Below are positions 1 through 29,842 of a DNA stretch of 64,000 bases, piece after piece. The stretch covers positions 30,566,001-30,630,000 of the forward strand of contig NC_058372.1 in the NCBI RefSeq assembly GCF_018350175.1, in the 5' to 3' direction. The notes under the pieces were generated by a model, which was given only the letters and a program-made list of their open reading frames with translations, was not told where the DNA came from and ran no database searches. Position 1 is the stretch's first letter. Each line of letters starts with the position of its first letter. The position numbers were made by a program, and so were the translations under genes. Origin of the DNA: Felis catus. Its lineage: Eukaryota.

Positions 1-1277
1 TCTAACTCTGGCTGTAATCATTTCTAACCTTGGGCATTGTATTCACCTTCAGATTGGTCTCTGTGCTTTGAATCTCTTCTTTTTCCAATCTGTCCTTCGT
101 TCTAAAATACTTGTCATTCCACAACAGAGATCTGAGCATGTCACTCCACTTTTTTTTTTTTTTTAAACCTTAAGTAAAAACAAAATAACATAAACCTCAG
201 ACTTCCCTGTTCTCCGTGGGATGGAGATTAACATCTTTAGCAGTATGATGTTCAGGGCCCCTCCCATTCACCCCAATTTAAACTTCCATGATTATTTTCC
301 CAAGCCTTTCTTAAATCCATCCTTACTGGATCTGCCCTATAGTCCAGTCATTTGGGCCACTTTCCATCATGGAAATACACCATGCCCATGTTTATGCAGT
401 TCCCTCTGGAAAGTTTTTCCCTTGTTCTTCACCTGTCAGAATCTTACATCTTCTTCAAGGTACAAGCCAACTATCACCTTCGTGGTGAAACTTTCACAGG
501 CACCCATAAGGAGACTGACACACACCTTCCCATTTGCTCTCACGTTGCCTGTTTGTTTTCTAGTTGCACTGTCACGTCAGGTTGGAGTTAGCGGTCCGTG
601 AATCTGCTTGTTCTCATAGCCGTGAGCTCCGTACAGCGGTCATTCCTGTTACCTCAGTGCCTGGCACATGGCCTTGTATGTAGTAGCACCGAGTGAGTGA
701 GTAGGTACACAAATGCAAACACATTGGTCACGTCATCTGTACAAACTCAGAGCTGAAACCTTTGCTAGCCTACAGGTGCGCAATCCTTTACCCACCTCAC
801 CTGCCCTGCACTGTGTGTCTTTTAGAGGTTAATTTAGGATAATCTGAGGTCATCTCCAGGTAATTGGGATGCCTTCATTACCCACGCATTCTACAGGTGC
901 AGATCTCTAATCTCAACCAGGGATGAGAGAGAAGGAATTCTCAGGGGAGAAGAGATCAGCATTAAAGGGGAGGGGAGGAATGCAGATCCCCCCAGGTAGG
1001 ATCCAGCGGGGCATGGAATCACAACTTGAATCATGAACTAAGGACCCAGTTGGCCTCCAACTGGACAGGGCACCAGGAAGGTGACTGAATGTCACATTAT
1101 GCTCTAAAGAGCACTGTGCTCACAGTCTGGAGACCTGAGTTTGAGACCCAGCTCTAGATTTTGGACAAGCTGCTTGTCTAAGGGCTTCATTTCCTCAGCT
1201 ATAGAATTAGGAGGTTTAGCTTGACTAAGATTTCTCCTGCCACTAGCAGTACGTGAGTCAGAAAAACCTAAGTATTT

Positions 1278-2523
1278 TTTTTAATGCTTATTTATTTTTG
1301 AGAGAGAGAGCGAGAGAGAGAGAGAGTGCTAGTGTGAGCACAAGTGGAGGAGGGGCAGAGAATCCAAAGTGGGTTCTGTGCTGACAGCAGAGAGTCCAAT
1401 TCAGGGCTCAGACTTGCAAGCCGCAACATCATGGCCTGAACCAAAGTCGGATGCTTAACTGACTGAGCCACCCAGGCGCCCTGAAAAACCTAGGTATTTT
1501 ACAAGAAAGTCTGCTTGTACTCTCCAAGGTGGGGAAGGGTATTCACAGACTGACCTACACAGCTGCTGGTGGAGCTCTCTGTGGCTAAGGAGCAGAGGTG
1601 CCTAAAACCTACCCTCGAATCCAGCCTAATTCTCCACTTTAACCTGGGGTGTTCTAACCCAGGGTAACTGGCCATAGACTATATAGTGTGAGATACATAT
1701 CCTCGGGCCATAGTGTCTCCATAGGTTGGTTCTTTATATAAAGTAGCATGCCTGGGGTGGCTGGGTGGCTCAGTCCGTTGACTTTGGCTCAGGTCATCAT
1801 CTCACAGTTTGGGGATTTGAACCCTGCATCGGGCTTTGCGCTGAGAACTCAGAGCCTTCTTTGGATCCTCTGTCTCCCTCCCTCTCCGCCCCTCCCCCCA
1901 AAATATATAAACATTAAAAAAATAAATAAAGTAAAATAACATGCCTAATGGCTTGCTCTAATACAGAAAATAATTCATGGGCTCACAGGTCCTTGCAGAG
2001 TCTCACACTCTTCATAGCCATAGAGAAGATAGGGGCACCCAGAATTAGGCAAACACAGAAGAAACATTTATTACCGTATACTAATTTATTAGGAAATACC
2101 TCAGGCACACAAAATGTGGAAGTAATAATAATACAAACGTCTATGTTTGCACGAACAAATTTAAGAATAAGGCAATGTTTTTGAAGGGGCGCCTGGCTGG
2201 ATCAGTTGGTAGAGCATATGACTCTTTTTTTAAAACATTTTTTTTTAATGTTTTTGACAGAGAGAGAGACAGAGCATGAGCAGGGGAGGGGTAGAGAGAG
2301 AGGGAGACACAGAAGCCAAAGCAAGCTCCAGGCTCTGAGCTGTCAGCACAGAGCCCGACGCAGGGCTTGAACTCACAGACTGCGAGATCATGACCTGAGC
2401 TGAAGTCGGACGCTCAACTGACTGAGCCACCCATGCACCCCAAGCATATGACTCTTGATCTTGGGGTCATGAGCTTGAGCCCCAGAGTGGGTATAGAACT
2501 TACTTAAGAAAAAAAAAAAAAAG
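1278..2523. mobile_element. Can-SINE cluster: 1278-1482 (-), 1750-1935 (+), and a short + SINE at 2186-2522 interrupted by a - SINE at about 2235-2441
   Basis: GGGGCGCCTGGGTGGCTCAGTC-type heads, (CT)n bodies and A tails. Target-site duplications GAAAAACCTARGTATT and AGCATATGACTCTT. Confidence 0.9.
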
Positions 2524-3028
2524 ACAATGTCATTGAAGCCTCTTCAGTATCCTTCCCAATCCTTCTCTGCAGAGATGACCATTATCATGAATTGAGGATT
2601 ATCACTCCACATGGAATGGTTATATACTTTTACAGAACAACAAGAAAAGATGAACGTGTGTGCAATTACACCCAGAGACACTTTCAAAGCTAAATGCAGA
2701 TAAACTCACGCTGACTCACCGTCTCCTACTCAGCTGCAGAGAGAACTAGAGTGTTGGCACACAAATACCTCAATACGCTACACTCCCTCTAAATATTGAC
2801 AAGCTCCATTACATATCCACATGGAATGACACATGGTTACATCCATCAAAACCATGATAAACAGAGTCGTGCTCACATGCAGAGATTTTTAGTAGATCTG
2901 TGTAAACACGCCCGCATAGATAGGACACTGTACTTGCCAGTACAGATACTGATTACCACAATCCCCAGGGACTTCCAGACACACATTTTCACAAACTGGG
3001 ATCAAGACAATAACGAGAACAGATGTAA

Positions 3029-18684
<15,656 letters not shown>

Positions 18685-18807
18685 GAGTCCTTCCTTGGCT
18701 TTCCTCCACTTCCCAAGACCCCAGCGAGCTGCCATGCCCTGTCTCTTTCCTGGTCTCCCTCAGGCCCAAAATTCTCAATTTTCCTGGAAATTCTGTTTCA
18801 CGTTAGG

Positions 18808-18813
18808 AATAAA
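18808..18813 (+). terminator. MSH5 polyadenylation signal AATAAA
   Basis: First AATAAA, 124 nt after the stop codon, followed by T/GT-rich sequence. Confidence 0.75.
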
Positions 18814-18938
18814 GTTTATTTCAGAGCAAGGTATTGTTTCTTTAGAGCAGCCATCACAAAACAATAGGAAAGACATGAAGCACCAAGCAGAAGTCCACAG
18901 AGGGGCCTGCCCTGCCTCATTAAGAACACAGTGACACT

Positions 18939-19050
18939 GGGGCACCTGGCTGGCTCAGAGGAGCGTGTGCCTCTCAATCTTGGGGTGGTGGGTTGGAACT
19001 CCATGTTGGGTGTAGAGATTACTTTAAAAAAAAAACAAGCTTAAAACAAC
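18939..19050 (+). mobile_element. Short Can-SINE (tRNA head plus A tail) between MSH5 and SAPCD1
   Basis: GGGGCACCTGGCTGGCTCAG head; direct repeat AACACAGTGACACTG at 18925-18939 and 19051-19065. Confidence 0.88.
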
Positions 19051-19187
19051 AACACAGTGACACTGCTGTAGGGGGACCCTTGGGTTCTACCCAGCGGACT
19101 TCATGAGAACCAGCTCTTTCAACAGACCCTACAAAAGCAGATGAGAAGGAAGACAGAAACCCAATGGAGGTTGTCTCTTCCCCTTAA

Positions 19188-20788
<1,601 letters not shown>

Positions 20789-21043
20789 AGCCTCCTCTCG
20801 ATTTCCTCAGTTGGTGACAGGGGAGGCTGAGTCAGAACCCCCAGTCTCCTTATCCTGCTTCTTGACTTAACAGATAAATGGCTCCAGGTGGTGGGCCAAC
20901 TGAAGTCCTAACATCTTGGTGTAAAGTTTCTTCTCCACAACTGAAAACTTCATTTCATTTGCTTGGTGTCTTATGCCCTCACTCGCCCTTAAGTGATCTG
21001 CATAAATGATCTTTCTTTGAAATCCCTCTGTAGAGAAGACATG

Positions 21044-21049
21044 TTTATT
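21044..21049 (-). terminator. Probable VWA7 polyadenylation signal (AATAAA on minus strand)
   Basis: TTTATT on the + strand, about 430 nt beyond the VWA7 stop; the first one I found. Confidence 0.6.
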
Positions 21050-21480
21050 GAAACTGTCCTTCAGCTTTAAATACAAAAATAAAATAGAAGCTTCCTCAGA
21101 ATTTCAAGTAAGAACAATTCTATAAATAAACCCCCCACTCTCAACTTTAGTCTCCTCCCCATATATCTTTCCTTCTACCTGAGCTTAGGAAAGCATGAAT
21201 AAATAGTGGAGTAAAGAGATTTTGCTACAGAGAAATAGAGGCCAATTTTCTCCAAAAAGGAGTATTTGCTTTGGTTCCCAGCAGGGTTGGGGAAAGTGCA
21301 TTGTGGGAAAGTCCATTGCCCTCTATCCCAATCTCACAAAGAAAGAGAGGGACAAGTGTGTGAGAAGGAAAACCTCCATCCCAGCTGGGAGAGGTCGGGT
21401 CCCAAGGCCCGGCTGCCTTCTCACCAGTGGGGCCAGACTGAAAATAGCGCTGCAGGCACATCCCTCTAGGGGTTCTGGTG

Positions 21481-24400
21481 TCACCAGGAGGCCAGGCCTA
21501 GCAGAAGCAGCACCCCTCCAACTGTGCCCCACCAGGGGTTGCCCACCAGCCCTCCCCCAGCCCTTCCCCGAGTCACCGAAGTGGAGGCAGGGCTGGTGGA
21601 GGCGAGGATAGGGCCAGATGAGTGGGCAGGGGCAGCCAGCGGGTCCTAGGGAGAAGAGGGAGAGCCGGTCAGCGTGTCTGCACCCAAATTAAGCCTGCAC
21701 CTACCACCCCTTACACTGCTTATCCTGCGATGGAAAGTGGGGGTGCCTCACCTGCGGGGTGGGGGCCAGCACCAGGAGCCGGAGGAAGGCATGGGTCGGG
21801 GGCACTGGGCTGGCTTCTGGACCTGTCGCAGTCACAGTCACCATCACCACGGAGTCTGGAGCCGCTGAGTCCGGGATCTCCAACCACAGGCGCCCCCAGG
21901 CGGACTCATTTGGTTCCAGGCGAACCCTGTCGAGTACGGACGCCGGGCTGAAGGCCGAAGCTCTCGAATAGTTGAGAGCCCAGGGTCCGCGCCCAAAGCT
22001 GGAGGGGAGGGGAGGCGAGAATCTGAGGGCCAAGCGAAAGTGGCTGCTGTGGGCGGGGCTTAAAGTACCAGCTCCCACACCGGAGAGTTCAGGGGCAATA
22101 CCTGGAGAGGTTGGAGGTGAGAGCGAAGCTGGGCTTGACAGATGTCCTAAGATCGAGATCCTGAGGGTCCGAGAAGCTGGCGATGCGGAGGCTGAGCGGG
22201 GCCTTGCTGCCTGGAACCAGGAATCCCGGGGAGCCGCTGAGCTACGGAGGAGCGCGGGTCAGGCGAGGAGGAGCCGCTGCAGCTCTCTCCAGCCCTACCT
22301 GCACCTTCCTCCTGCGTCTCACCTCCAGAAGGACAGGGACCACGGTGCAGGGCTGGGGAGCAGCTCGGTGCAGGCTCTGCCCCTCTCCGTCCCGGCCAAT
22401 CAACTCCAGAGAGAAAGGTCCCGCAGTGGACAGAAGTGCAGACGGTAGCGAGGCTGCGAGGAAACCTCGCTCCAGCGGTCCCGTGGGCTCCAAAGGCACC
22501 CGGCCCAGCTCGGCACCTTCCGGGACCCCTCGTAGGACGACGTGAGAGAAATGCGGCAGAGGAGCTCCAGGGTTGCCTCTGGAGCCCAGCCCTGTCACCT
22601 CTACCAGCAGCTGGGTCTGGAGGCCTGGGACAGGGGAGGGGAGGGGAGAACACTGGTCCACATGAGATTCAGAGACAAGGAGAAAGGAATGATCAGCTTT
22701 TGGAATAGGGGTTACCTCTGGAGATGAGTATGAATGGAGAAAAGGGGTTACCTCTGAGGGCTATTGTTGGGCAGGGTCGGGAAAGATTCTGGGATGCTGA
22801 AAATGTTCTAAATCTTGAGTCGAGTGATGGTTACATGAGTGCATTATATGAAGTCCACCCAGCTGTATACTTAAGTTTAGTGCACTTCATTATATGNNNN
22901 NNNNNNNNNNNNNNNNNNNNNNNNNNNNNNNNNNNNNNNNNNNNNNNNNNNNNNNNNNNNNNNNNNNNNNNNNNNNNNNNNNNNNNNNNNNNNNNNNNNN
23001 NNNNNNNNNNNNNNNNNNNNNNNNNNATATATTAATGGACAAGTTGGGGGGGTGGGTAGACCTACCTGCAACTGGCTGAGTCAGGGGGTAGAGGCCAGGG
23101 TGGGGGCCATCCTCCACAGGGATCCCAAAGTAGAAGAGGAAGTCCAGGGATGTCTGGGCTGAGGAGGGCCAAGGCAATCAGAGACCTTCCTGAGATGAAT
23201 GTGATTGATACTGCTCTCTGAGCTCTGCAGCCTTCCCGTCCCTTCCCTTCCCAGCAATATCTCCCACCTTACCTTGCACTCTCACCCGGGGTATGCTCTC
23301 GGCTGTGACCAGGATCACCCAGGTCCCTGTCTGTGGGGGATCACTGATGGTAACTATCCAGAACTGCCCAAAGCGGCGAGTGTGACCTAGAGGTCCCTCG
23401 CCTTCCTCCTGGCCCTGGGAGACCCCTGGTGGGGGTGGGGGAGCAAGAGATTGGCACATGAGCTAGCTCCTGTCCCTTAGGATGTCACCCTTCATTCTCC
23501 ATTCTTCCCTCTGCCTTGAGACACACACGTGGAAATACCTGCAGGGTTCCTGATCCAGAAGCTGCTGACCTCCCCATGGATCCGGACTGTGACCCTCTGG
23601 AGCAGTGCATCCACGCTGAACACAAGTGGCCTTCCAGACACTACAACAGGAGGTTCCAGGGGAAGGGTAACCTAGAGGGATGGGCAGAGCCAAAAAATAG
23701 GGGAGAAGATGAGGCATTGAATGAAGTGGGAACAAAGACAGGAGAAAGGTGGAGTCAGAAAGAAACTAAGTCACACATGGAGAAGGGATACCAGTGAAAG
23801 AGGGGCCCAGGACCAGGGATGAAGTTACGGTCAACAACAAATTGGAGGCAAGGGATTAAGGGTGAGGTGATTGCTTCTTGTCCCTCCTTAAAAGATGGTA
23901 GGACTTCCGAGGACAGACTACTGGAGGCCAAGACTGGGGGACAGGGGGCAGTGCTAATAGGGAAGGAGCAACGTGGAAGTTGGGTAGCCATGGATCTCAG
24001 AGAGAGAGAGAGAAACTTCCTTTCCCACCCTTCTGACTGCAGTGGCAACACAGCAAGCAGTGTTAAACTATTAACCTATGAGAAAGAGCAGTGCCGTGTT
24101 ACCTGTACCCTCAGTTCTGAGCCAAAAGCATTAGTCCCTCCGGCCCTCATACTTACCAGGTCAGCCATGCTGTCCCCAACAACAGCTGCCACATCCTGAA
24201 TGTGCTGGTCTTTGGTGAAGATTACCTCTCCTCCTGAGGCCAAGGCCACAGCTTCATAGGGCTCAAAACGCAGAGGGGACAAGACCTCACGCCGAGCTCG
24301 GCCCTGAACCCTCGATGGGTCCTCGGTCACTAGGAATGTTACCTGTGCCCAGAAAAAGAGGCCAGTACTGAGTACTCCAAGTGCTGTCTACCATTGTCAA

Positions 24401-27400
24401 TGAGGATCTGTGCTCAAGTGTTCTGCGGAGCTGATGAGGAGGAGTAAGGTCTTGGTCTACCCTCTGACTGTTCCTGCAGGGTCTCCCAATGACACAGCCC
24501 CAGGCCTTCAGTTAGTAGTTGCCACTCCCTGTAACTGTCTCCATTTGTCATCCACAGCGGATTGCTGGCAACTAGATCTCCAGTTCTTCAAATGGTTTAT
24601 TGGAGACCAGTTCAAATATGCACTCAGCATCATGTAAGGGATCAGGATGTGTTATACTCATTGTCTGCTTCTCCCACCCCATGCCAAGGCTGGTTCAACC
24701 ACCAGAGTGTGGTGTGATCCTTGTTATGAGATAGTCGTCAACAAGGTATGGGAAACCCCATATCTCTGGGTGGCTAACATCGGATGTCCCATCAGCTGTG
24801 CTCACTCTGCAGCGCCGCTCCTGAGTCAGGGACTCCACCCGGTTGGTGAGAAAGGCATCCTTGGGGGAGGCGTCGGTGAAGACAAAGATGTCTGAGAGTG
24901 GAGGTGTGTGCAGCAGAGCCAGCTGGCAGAGAGGGAAAGTGCTCGTGTTAAAAATGGCAGCAGCAGAGGAATGGGTAGAGGAAGGGAGGGCAGAATAGAA
25001 AGAAATATGGCCCTGGAACCCTGGAGTGAAGCTAGTGGACCTAGGCTCTGAAGGTAGGGTGGAGGGTGGAGGTCCCAGGAAGCCTCTAGTTCCCCTTGGT
25101 GGTGGGAACTGGAAAGGAAGGGGGAAGAAGGGAAGGGGGAGGGGGAGGGCAGACCTCCAGGGCTGACAGACACATCTCAGGCTCATCTCCACCCCCCAAG
25201 GCATGGATCTCATTGAGTTGTTGCCAGAAGCTATCAGGGTCACTGGTGGTAAAGACAGGGCCAAACCCTGGGGAGGAAGAAAGAAGGTTGAGATGAGTGA
25301 CGAGAGGGCTCCCCTCATCCCTACCCAGGGCCACCTCTCACCCCCCAGTCAAGAGGCCTCGCTGTGCTCCTGGGGTGAACAAGTATTGAAATAATAATAT
25401 TCTCTGATATTTCTATAGGCAGGGCTGGGTAAGGGCTAGTTACCTTTGCGGGGAAGTGGACCTCATTTCCTTAACAAAATGGCAGCATTTCCTGTGGTCC
25501 TGAGAGAGCCGTTATTGGATATGTGCGTAAGTATAAAAAAACACCTGGGGCCTCAGATTCCTCACCAGAAAAATCAGAGAAATAATGGTACCTACCTCAG
25601 AGTGTCATTAGAAGGACTAAATGAGTTGATTTTGTAAACCTTAGAATAGTGACTTGACATATAATTAATGCTAAACTCAAAGCTTCATCAAATATGTGAT
25701 AAACCAGGGCGCCTGGGTGGCTCAGTCAGTTAAGCGTCCAACTTCGGCTCAGGTCATGATCTCTCACTCTGTGAGTTCGAGCCCCGCGTCAGGCTCTGTG
25801 CCAACGGCTCGGAACCCGGAGCCTGCTTCAGATTCTGTGTCTCCCTCTCTCTGACCCTCCCCTGTCCATGCTCTGTCTCTCTCTGACTCAAAAATAAATA
25901 AACATTAAAAAAAATTAAAAATAATATGTGATAAACCCCTGTTAAATTCCAGCTACTATGAGATTTATGCAGGTAAATCAGACTCAACGCTTGCCTTTAG
26001 GGAATTCTCAGCGCTGTAGCTATTTTATTTGATGGCCATTTCAACCCTAGAAAATCCTGCCTATCTTCTAGGGTTGAAATGGCCATCAGATAATATAGGT
26101 CAAGTACTGACTCATTTTATCGATGATGAAACTGAGGCAAAAAAAGTCTAAATGATCAGCCTAAGCATGCACAGTGACTGGTCAACCCGGGTCAGTCGGT
26201 CTAACTTCCAATCTGTCTCAGAGGCTTCACAGAGGCCTGGACCCATCCTCATCCCAACCTCTGTGTACAGAAAATGGGGAGAATTGAAAATCACTGATTA
26301 ACATGGAAGCCTAAGAAAGCAGAGGCCCCTGGCTAAGCACAGATCATGATTAACCTCATATGGAAAGTGCTGCCATTTTGGAAACAGAGGAAGAAGTAGC
26401 CGATCGTACACACAGAGGTACCAGTAAAGGCTCAACCATAGGAAACGTCACCATTTTAAGGAAGTGGAGCCATGAGGCCCTTTCCCCCACCAGTGGCATT
26501 TACCCCTTGCCCTAGACTTTCCTTCCTTCCGCTATCCTCACCAGACCACAGTTACCTGGATCATGGAAAGGGACCAGGATGTAGTGGACAGGCTCCATGG
26601 GGCTGCCCCGTCGCTGTTCCACAATGTGGCGAGCCTGGATTTTGGCAGCATTGATCTCCTCACCCATACTGCCTGTGGTGTCTAGGACGAAGCTCAGACT
26701 GGAGGCTGGGCTGATGTCCAGCAGCCTGGGGAGCAGGCCAGAGATACGGTGAGGAGTCTGCACATTTGTCCCCAGCCCCCATTTACTCAGCTCCCCTAGG
26801 AGCACATGCGCATTAAGGAGCACATCGCCCAGAGGCCACTCACCTGGAGAAACCCCTGTCTCCCAGCCGGTTTCGCAGGAGACTGAGGGCCTGGATGGAG
26901 GCCAGAAGGGCCAGTTTTGCTGCCTGGAGGTGCAGCATGTGATGGGGAGAGAAGCCTGGGGATGTGCTATCCTTGTTGATGCCTCCCCGTGGTGGCTGGG
27001 AGCTGCTCTGGTCAAAACGGCCCCCATGGCTACATTTCCCTGGTTTGGGGAAAGAGATCTGGAGGGTGGAGGTAAAAAACCCACTGCCTCCTAAGAAAAT
27101 GAGGCCCTTTTTGACCTGGCCTGACCTCTCACTCTTCAGCAAAGGATCAGCAAGAAAGATGACATTTGTGGAGGGCCAATCTGGAGTAAATCTAGAGGGG
27201 TCAGTCATCACAGTACATGGTGGATCCCCTAATCCCTCCAGTCCATCCCCCAAAGCTACCCTTGGGTAATGGAGAAGTCTTACTGGTTGAATAAGAAGCT
27301 ATTCCCCCACCCAACAATCATGGCCACCTCAGTGGGCCTCCATCCATCTACCCCATCCCCAGCATCCACTCCTTCCAGAAGTGATGCCATAGGAAATGGG

Positions 27401-29842
27401 ACAAGGGCCTACAGTTCTGAGATCCCTAGGGAGAGGGTCAGGGGAAAGGAAGTGACTTTCTCCCCTTACTTCTGCCTGGTACCTGGAGGTTTGGAGGGAT
27501 GAGTTCCAAAGTAGCCAGAGGTGAGGAGTGTAAAGCCCAGCAAATTCCCGGGGCAGCTCAACTCCTCGCAATCAGAGCAGGTAGGATCGTCCACTGGGAA
27601 GAGAGGATAGGGGTCTAGATCCCAAGATCCTGCCACCACTGACCTTTATCCCCATCCATCCAAACTTTGGCTTTTCCCTGAGCTGGCAAAAGCCCAAATG
27701 TACCCTTCTAGGATTTCTGAACAAAAACCTAGAGGTCATCTAGTGATGAGACTGAATATGTGAGACCGGGACTGTGCTAGGAAACCCGGAAGCGTGAGCT
27801 GTGGACAGGAAGTGAACTTGTAATGGACAGGAGGCTGCGTCATAGCTCAGGTGGAAGGATGAGGGGACTGTGAGGAACAGCCCTGTATGTTCCATCCCAT
27901 GTTGGGGGAGGAAGCCACACGAGAGAGAACTCAGCTGAGGTCTGCAGACCTTGGTCCTGGCTCTGTCCACCCCTGTGACCTTGGGGAAGCTATCTAACTG
28001 ACCTGGCCTTTGGCTGGACTGGGGGACCTCACAGGTCGTTCCAGAGAAGAAGCCATGTCACATCCTATGTGACCTGAGGATGTGACACAGTGTCTGGGGA
28101 GGCTGAGGGCTGAGAGGACATGGCTTTAGTGGGCTTCCCCCATCCCCCAGGGTCATGGCCGTACCTTGTGCCAGGCTCCGGAGCTCCTGCCTAGGCCAGA
28201 GGAGGTGAGGGTGTGGCTGCTGCTGTCCCAGTTCCACCCAGTTGCTGTGACTGTAGAAATCCTGGGGGGAGGGAGGGCGAAGGGGAATGAGGCGCTGTCT
28301 GACCATTCTCACAATCTCCAGCGCTTATTCTTCCTCTTGGAAAGCCTCCTCCTACCCCCGCTGCCGCTGTCAGATACCCCAAGTGCCCTCCACACCCTCT
28401 GCCTGTCGCCCAGAACAGAGCTCTCCCCAGGTGGGAGCCTCCCGGTCTTTCCTCCCATCCCACTCAGAGTTCAACCAAAGGCCTTCCGGTGGCCTTCAAG
28501 GCCCACTCCCAACCTCACGCCTCCTCGCTTTTCTCCAGCCACACTGGCCTCCTGGCTCTTCCCACAGGGAGAGCTGCCAGTTTGGAGGTGGGGGAACTAG
28601 GGACCAGTCTCAGGGCACTGGCAAGCAGTGCCCCATCACTTCTTGAGTTGGGGGAGGTGTGATTAAGAAGGCACCATGAGGGGGCGCCTGGGTGGCTCAG
28701 TCAGTTAAGCGTCAGACTCTTGATATCTGTTCAGGTCCTGATCTTGTGGTTGGTAAGATCAAGCGCTGATGGTGCAAAGNNNNNNNNNNNNNNNNNNNNN
28801 NNNNNNNNNNNNNNNNNNNNNNNNNNNNNNNNNNNNNNNNNNNNNNNNNNNNNNNNNNNNNNNNNNNNNNNNNNNNNNNNNNNNNNNNNNNNNNNNNNNN
28901 NNNNNNNNNNNNNNNNNNNNNNNNNNNCTGTATCTGGGGGACGGGAAGACCTGGGGTGAAGAAACCCCTGCCCATTTTATGCAGTTCTCACCTGCAAAGC
29001 ATGAAGTGCAGCCCCAAGGCGCTGGCGGGCCAGGGTGTGGTCAAGAGCTCTGGCTGCCACCAGGGCCTCCCGGAGAGCCCCCACTAGGCGTGTGCGCCCC
29101 TGGCCCAGCCGCTCAGCATCAAAGTGCAGGTCAGGGTCATTCCTGGATGTTGGCAGAAAGTCCTGGGCTGCGTTGGCACGGGAGACCTCACCTAAGGCTG
29201 CTCGGAACCTCCGGGAAGGAGACCCAGGTCCAAAGTAGGCAGCAAAGAGGTCGTCAGCAAGAAGGGTGTGGCCCTGGAGAGAGTGGGTTAGGGGACAGGG
29301 GACCCTTGGGTTGCACCATTGCCCACGTTTTCTTAGCAACTGGCACTCAGGTTGGGTGTGCAGGGAATTGAAGGTCCTGGGCCCTACGAAGGAAGGGCAA
29401 TTCTGGACCTTTCTAAGGAGGAGGGAGGGAAGGACTCCTGATTTTAGGACCAGGACACTTGGGTATTGTTACTGCAAGGGGTAGAGGTGGGGAGCCAAGG
29501 AAGAGAAGGATGTCCCTCCTCTTGGCCAGCAGGGCCCTGAAGAAGTAGAAGTCCCAGGGAATTGGGGAGTCCAGCTGGGATGTGACAGGACCTGGGGAGG
29601 CTCACCAGGAAATCCTCAAGACGAAGCGGGGGACGGCCTGGGGGTGGCTGATCCAGGAAGAGCTGCAGGGTGACATTGAGCGCCGCCTCCTCGGTCAGGT
29701 CCTGGTGGGTGACGGACCCGGGGGCAGCCAGGAGGCTCCAGATGTTGGGGAAGAAGGAGGATGCAGGGGGCAGCAGCTGCAGTAGCAGCAGCAGCAGCAG
29801 TGAAGGATTCAGGTGGGCCAGGGGCACGTCTGCAGGGAGCAT
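21481..29842 (-). CDS. VWA7: von Willebrand factor A domain-containing protein 7 (G7c), 889 aa
   Basis: 16 coding exons (-): 29842-29606, 29273-28992, 28261-28165, 27593-27483, 27039-26844, 26725-26556, 25267-25155, 24922-24806, 24342-24157, 23671-23539, 23425-23273, 23158-23066, 22624-22323, 22241-22102, 21926-21752, 21645-21481. Total 2670 nt, frame-consistent at every junction. Poly-Leu signal peptide, [13 protein letters not shown], vWA motif [13 protein letters not shown], hydrophobic C-terminus [10 protein letters not shown]. Confidence 0.96.
25707..25920 (+). mobile_element. Can-SINE in a VWA7 intron, next to a MIR remnant at about 25540-25680
   Basis: Full consensus; TSD AATATGTGATAAACC. 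Confidence 0.9.

Noticed and set aside
21622-22708. Chain of plus-strand ORFs antisense to VWA7
   Set aside because: Shadow ORFs of GC-rich exons; no coherent splice structure or recognisable protein.
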